A stretch of 64,000 nucleotides of DNA. It comes from Ptychomitrium polyphyllum (taxonomy: Eukaryota). Positions 61,501 through 64,000 of this stretch are shown one piece after another (the stretch's first letter is position 1; each line of letters opens with the position of its first letter). The notes beneath the pieces were generated by a model. The model was given only the letters and a program-made list of their open reading frames with translations, was not told where the DNA came from and searched no databases. The DNA lies in NCBI GenBank assembly GCA_973851085.1, contig OZ316776.1, forward strand, positions 2,728,001 through 2,792,000, read 5' to 3'. The translations under genes were made by a program, and so were the position numbers.

Positions 61501-63748
61501 GGGGGTGTGTGGCGGGATAATGTTTTGTGTGGCCTACCGTTTTGGCTCTGTATTTTTTCGACATATTTCGATGCCATTTCGATGTGCACCCTTTGACTGG
61601 CTGCAATCTGATGATGATGCTTGTTATGGAGAGGCTGACGAGTGCTTGCTGTATTGGTGCACCAGTCTTCCTTGACACAGCCGCAAATGATGGTGGTTGC
61701 GGACCTGGAGGATCCGTTTCTACCACTTCCGGATGACTTGCTGGTGAACCTGTCGGAGTCTAGGACCGTCGTGGAGGCCTTGCTGGACAGCCTGCCTTCG
61801 ATGTTTGAAAACAATGTGAACATCGAGTCTGCTCTTGGGCCGGCATTGAAGGCGACTTTCATGGTCATGGTATGCTGTGGTCCCCGGGATTGTTAACAGC
61901 CCGTTGATGTACCCCCGTATTGTGCGTTGCCGGTTTTCCGATGGTAGTGTTTGAATCGACTTGCATAGAGTGGATCTGTTCGTGGTTGATGCAAGTATTG
62001 GTTTAATCCTTCATCCGAGCGAGAAGTTTCGGGAGACTGTGGTAATTTGGCTGGCGCTGGTTGTGCAGAGTCAGTTGGGAGGGAAGTTGCTCGTTTTTCA
62101 GGGCACTCTGCCGTCTCTCGGTTTTGGGAGGCTGAAGCTGCGGGGCGATGACCCTCGCATGTATGGAACCGAGAAAGAGCACCAGCTTCGTGGCACAGAG
62201 GAGCAGTTCTACAAGCATATGGCTGCTGATTTTTCCAAGTTTCAGATCGGTGTGAACATCTATGCGTTTAGTGAGCGTTACACGGATTTGGCCTCTTTAG
62301 GTGAGCCGGTGCAACGCCCGGTTGAAGAGGGGTTCCTGTGCATCGTTCCTACCGGTCTTCTAGTTGTTAGTTCTCAAGAGTAGTCGAGTTGGGGACTGAG
62401 GTGGGGAGGAGTGAACAGTGAGATGGTTCTATGTCCGTGCTTGTTCAAACCCGTGCCATGAAGCAGTCTGGATGTGGACCGTAGGCAGCTCCATTTGTGG
62501 TATAGGGTCGGAAGGAGTTGCTGTAGTGCGTGAGATGCAGGAGGCATGCGTCGAGGTTTCTGACGAGTTTGTGTGGTGGCAGGTGTGTTAGCAAAGTATA
62601 CGGGAGGCCAGGTATGTTACTATCCTGCGTTCCGGGCTCCGTTGCATGGGGAGAAGTTCAGCTATGACCTGGCCCGAGATCTTTCACGAGAAACGGCGTG
62701 GGAGGCTGTGATGAGGATACGGTGTGGGAAAGGTAGGTGGTGCTCGGAGAGACGTGCTAAGTACATCACAACCTCAACGGCTTTGGGGTCGTGGATAGAT
62801 TGAACAGATTTGCAGTTGCCACCCAGTTTGTATTGAATGACAGGTGTATGTGTTGAACCCGCCGTAGTCATAGTAGGGCCGGCACCTGTGTTAGCTTACT
62901 GATCATCTGGCTATGTCGGGCCCTTGAGAATGTTGGAAGTAGGATATTTTATGTGCACAGGGGTCGTTACCGTTTTTGTTTTGGCAAGGGAAGTTGTTGG
63001 GATGGCTTGGAGGAACACAGAATGGCCTATCTGTGACCGTCATGTCTGGATGCGTTTACTTGCTGGGTTTACGCCCTGTTACCTTCATCAGCAACTGACA
63101 ACCTCGTTTGTGGTGGTGAATAGGCATACGGTTTTCTTCGTTTCACGGGCACTTCATGCTTCGAAGTTCGGACCTTATGGCCCTTCCTGCTGTGGATTGC
63201 GACAAGGCATTTGCAATGCAGGTGACACTGGAAGAGACTTTGCTGTCCACGCAGACCGTCTACTTCCAAGTTGCCCTGGTGTATCCACCTGCTGTTCATT
63301 TGTGGCGGTTTTGTGGCTGATGCTTGGACATTGTATTCTTGTCATGTGTTTCCCATGGACGAGCTGTAGAGTTTAGGCTGCGGTGTCGTTCCCTCTCAAG
63401 TTTCGTACTGGGGCACCTGTTTCTTGCATATCATGGGGGTGCTTTCCAACACACACAGACGTTCATCAGTAAAGGCATGGCAGCATGTCGATGGATTCTG
63501 CTCTGGTCATGCTCGTAGAGCGGATGGATAGCTGGTAAGGGTCAATGTGTTATGTGACGGAGTAGCTGTCGATTTGTGTAATCCTGGTTCCGTGTTGGCC
63601 TTGACTAAGAACGCGGCAGCTATACATCGTCAACGGGGGAGCGTCGGATCAGAGTGCATACGATGGCAACTCCAGTGGTGAACGAGCTTTCAGAATTGTA
63701 CAGGGCAGCCGATGTAGGAGCTATTGCTAGTCTGATGAGCAAGCTGGG
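58551..63748 (+). CDS. SEC24: COPII cargo adaptor SEC24 (SEC24A-like); partial, continues beyond the window
   Basis: Pro/Gly-rich N-terminus; [18 protein letters not shown]; zinc finger [10 protein letters not shown]...[88 protein letters not shown]. The last exon in the window ends near 63748. Confidence 0.96.
63281..63619 (+). other. Putative U12-type (minor spliceosome) GT-AG intron in SEC24
   Basis: The reading frame forces the donor GTATCCAC at 63281. A branch-like CCTTGAC lies at 63599-63605 close to the acceptor AG at 63618-63619, with no polypyrimidine tract. Confidence 0.75.
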
Positions 63749-64000
63749 TGAGTTTGTGTGCTTCTGTCGAAGTCACGGTTCACGATCGTGCTTGGTTGTG
63801 AGGTGCGGTGCCAAGGTGATAGGGGTATTGCAATGTGATGTTGTGCAGGTTCTGAGTGCCTCGTGACCCGAAGTCTTGAATTGGGTGTCAGTATTTTCTG
63901 TTATTGCCGGTGTTTGTGGTTCTGTGGTTGTTGCGTATGGCGTGGTGGCGCTGGAGATACCGTGTTGAAGGGATTTCGAGATCTCGTTGGATTGTTCCAT

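Overview
This is eukaryotic nuclear DNA, most likely from a moss or other bryophyte (inference from short GT-AG introns, land-plant gene families, a cilium-type coiled-coil gene and TTCTAGAA-rich LTR relics). Gene clusters alternate with AT-rich, TE-derived spacers (about 1-3.6, 14.7-19.1, 25-27, 29-30 and 56-58 kb). I reconstructed the gene models by hand from splice sites. In order: PCID2/THP1/EER5 (+), plastid S1-domain protein PDE338/RLSB (+), a decayed SLU7 pseudogene (-), a 338-aa coiled-coil protein with a CEP131-like C-terminus (+), DUF538 (+), GST zeta (-), P5A-ATPase PDR2/ATP13A1 (+), a LEA_3-type protein (-), an S-protein homologue (SPH, +), GLDH (+), a hevein/CBM18-GH18 chitinase (-), intronless SNAPC3/SRD2 (-), and SEC24A (+, runs off the window). 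The most notable signals are: a near-perfect 78-nt hairpin just upstream of the SPH gene; two tandem AUG-stop minimal uORFs in the SNAPC3 leader; a U12-type intron in SEC24; a duplicated splice donor in the P5A-ATPase; a G-rich ATG-bearing repeat upstream of PCID2; and a head-to-head LTR pair, one copy carrying a heat-shock element. Family assignments come from recalled motifs, not database searches.
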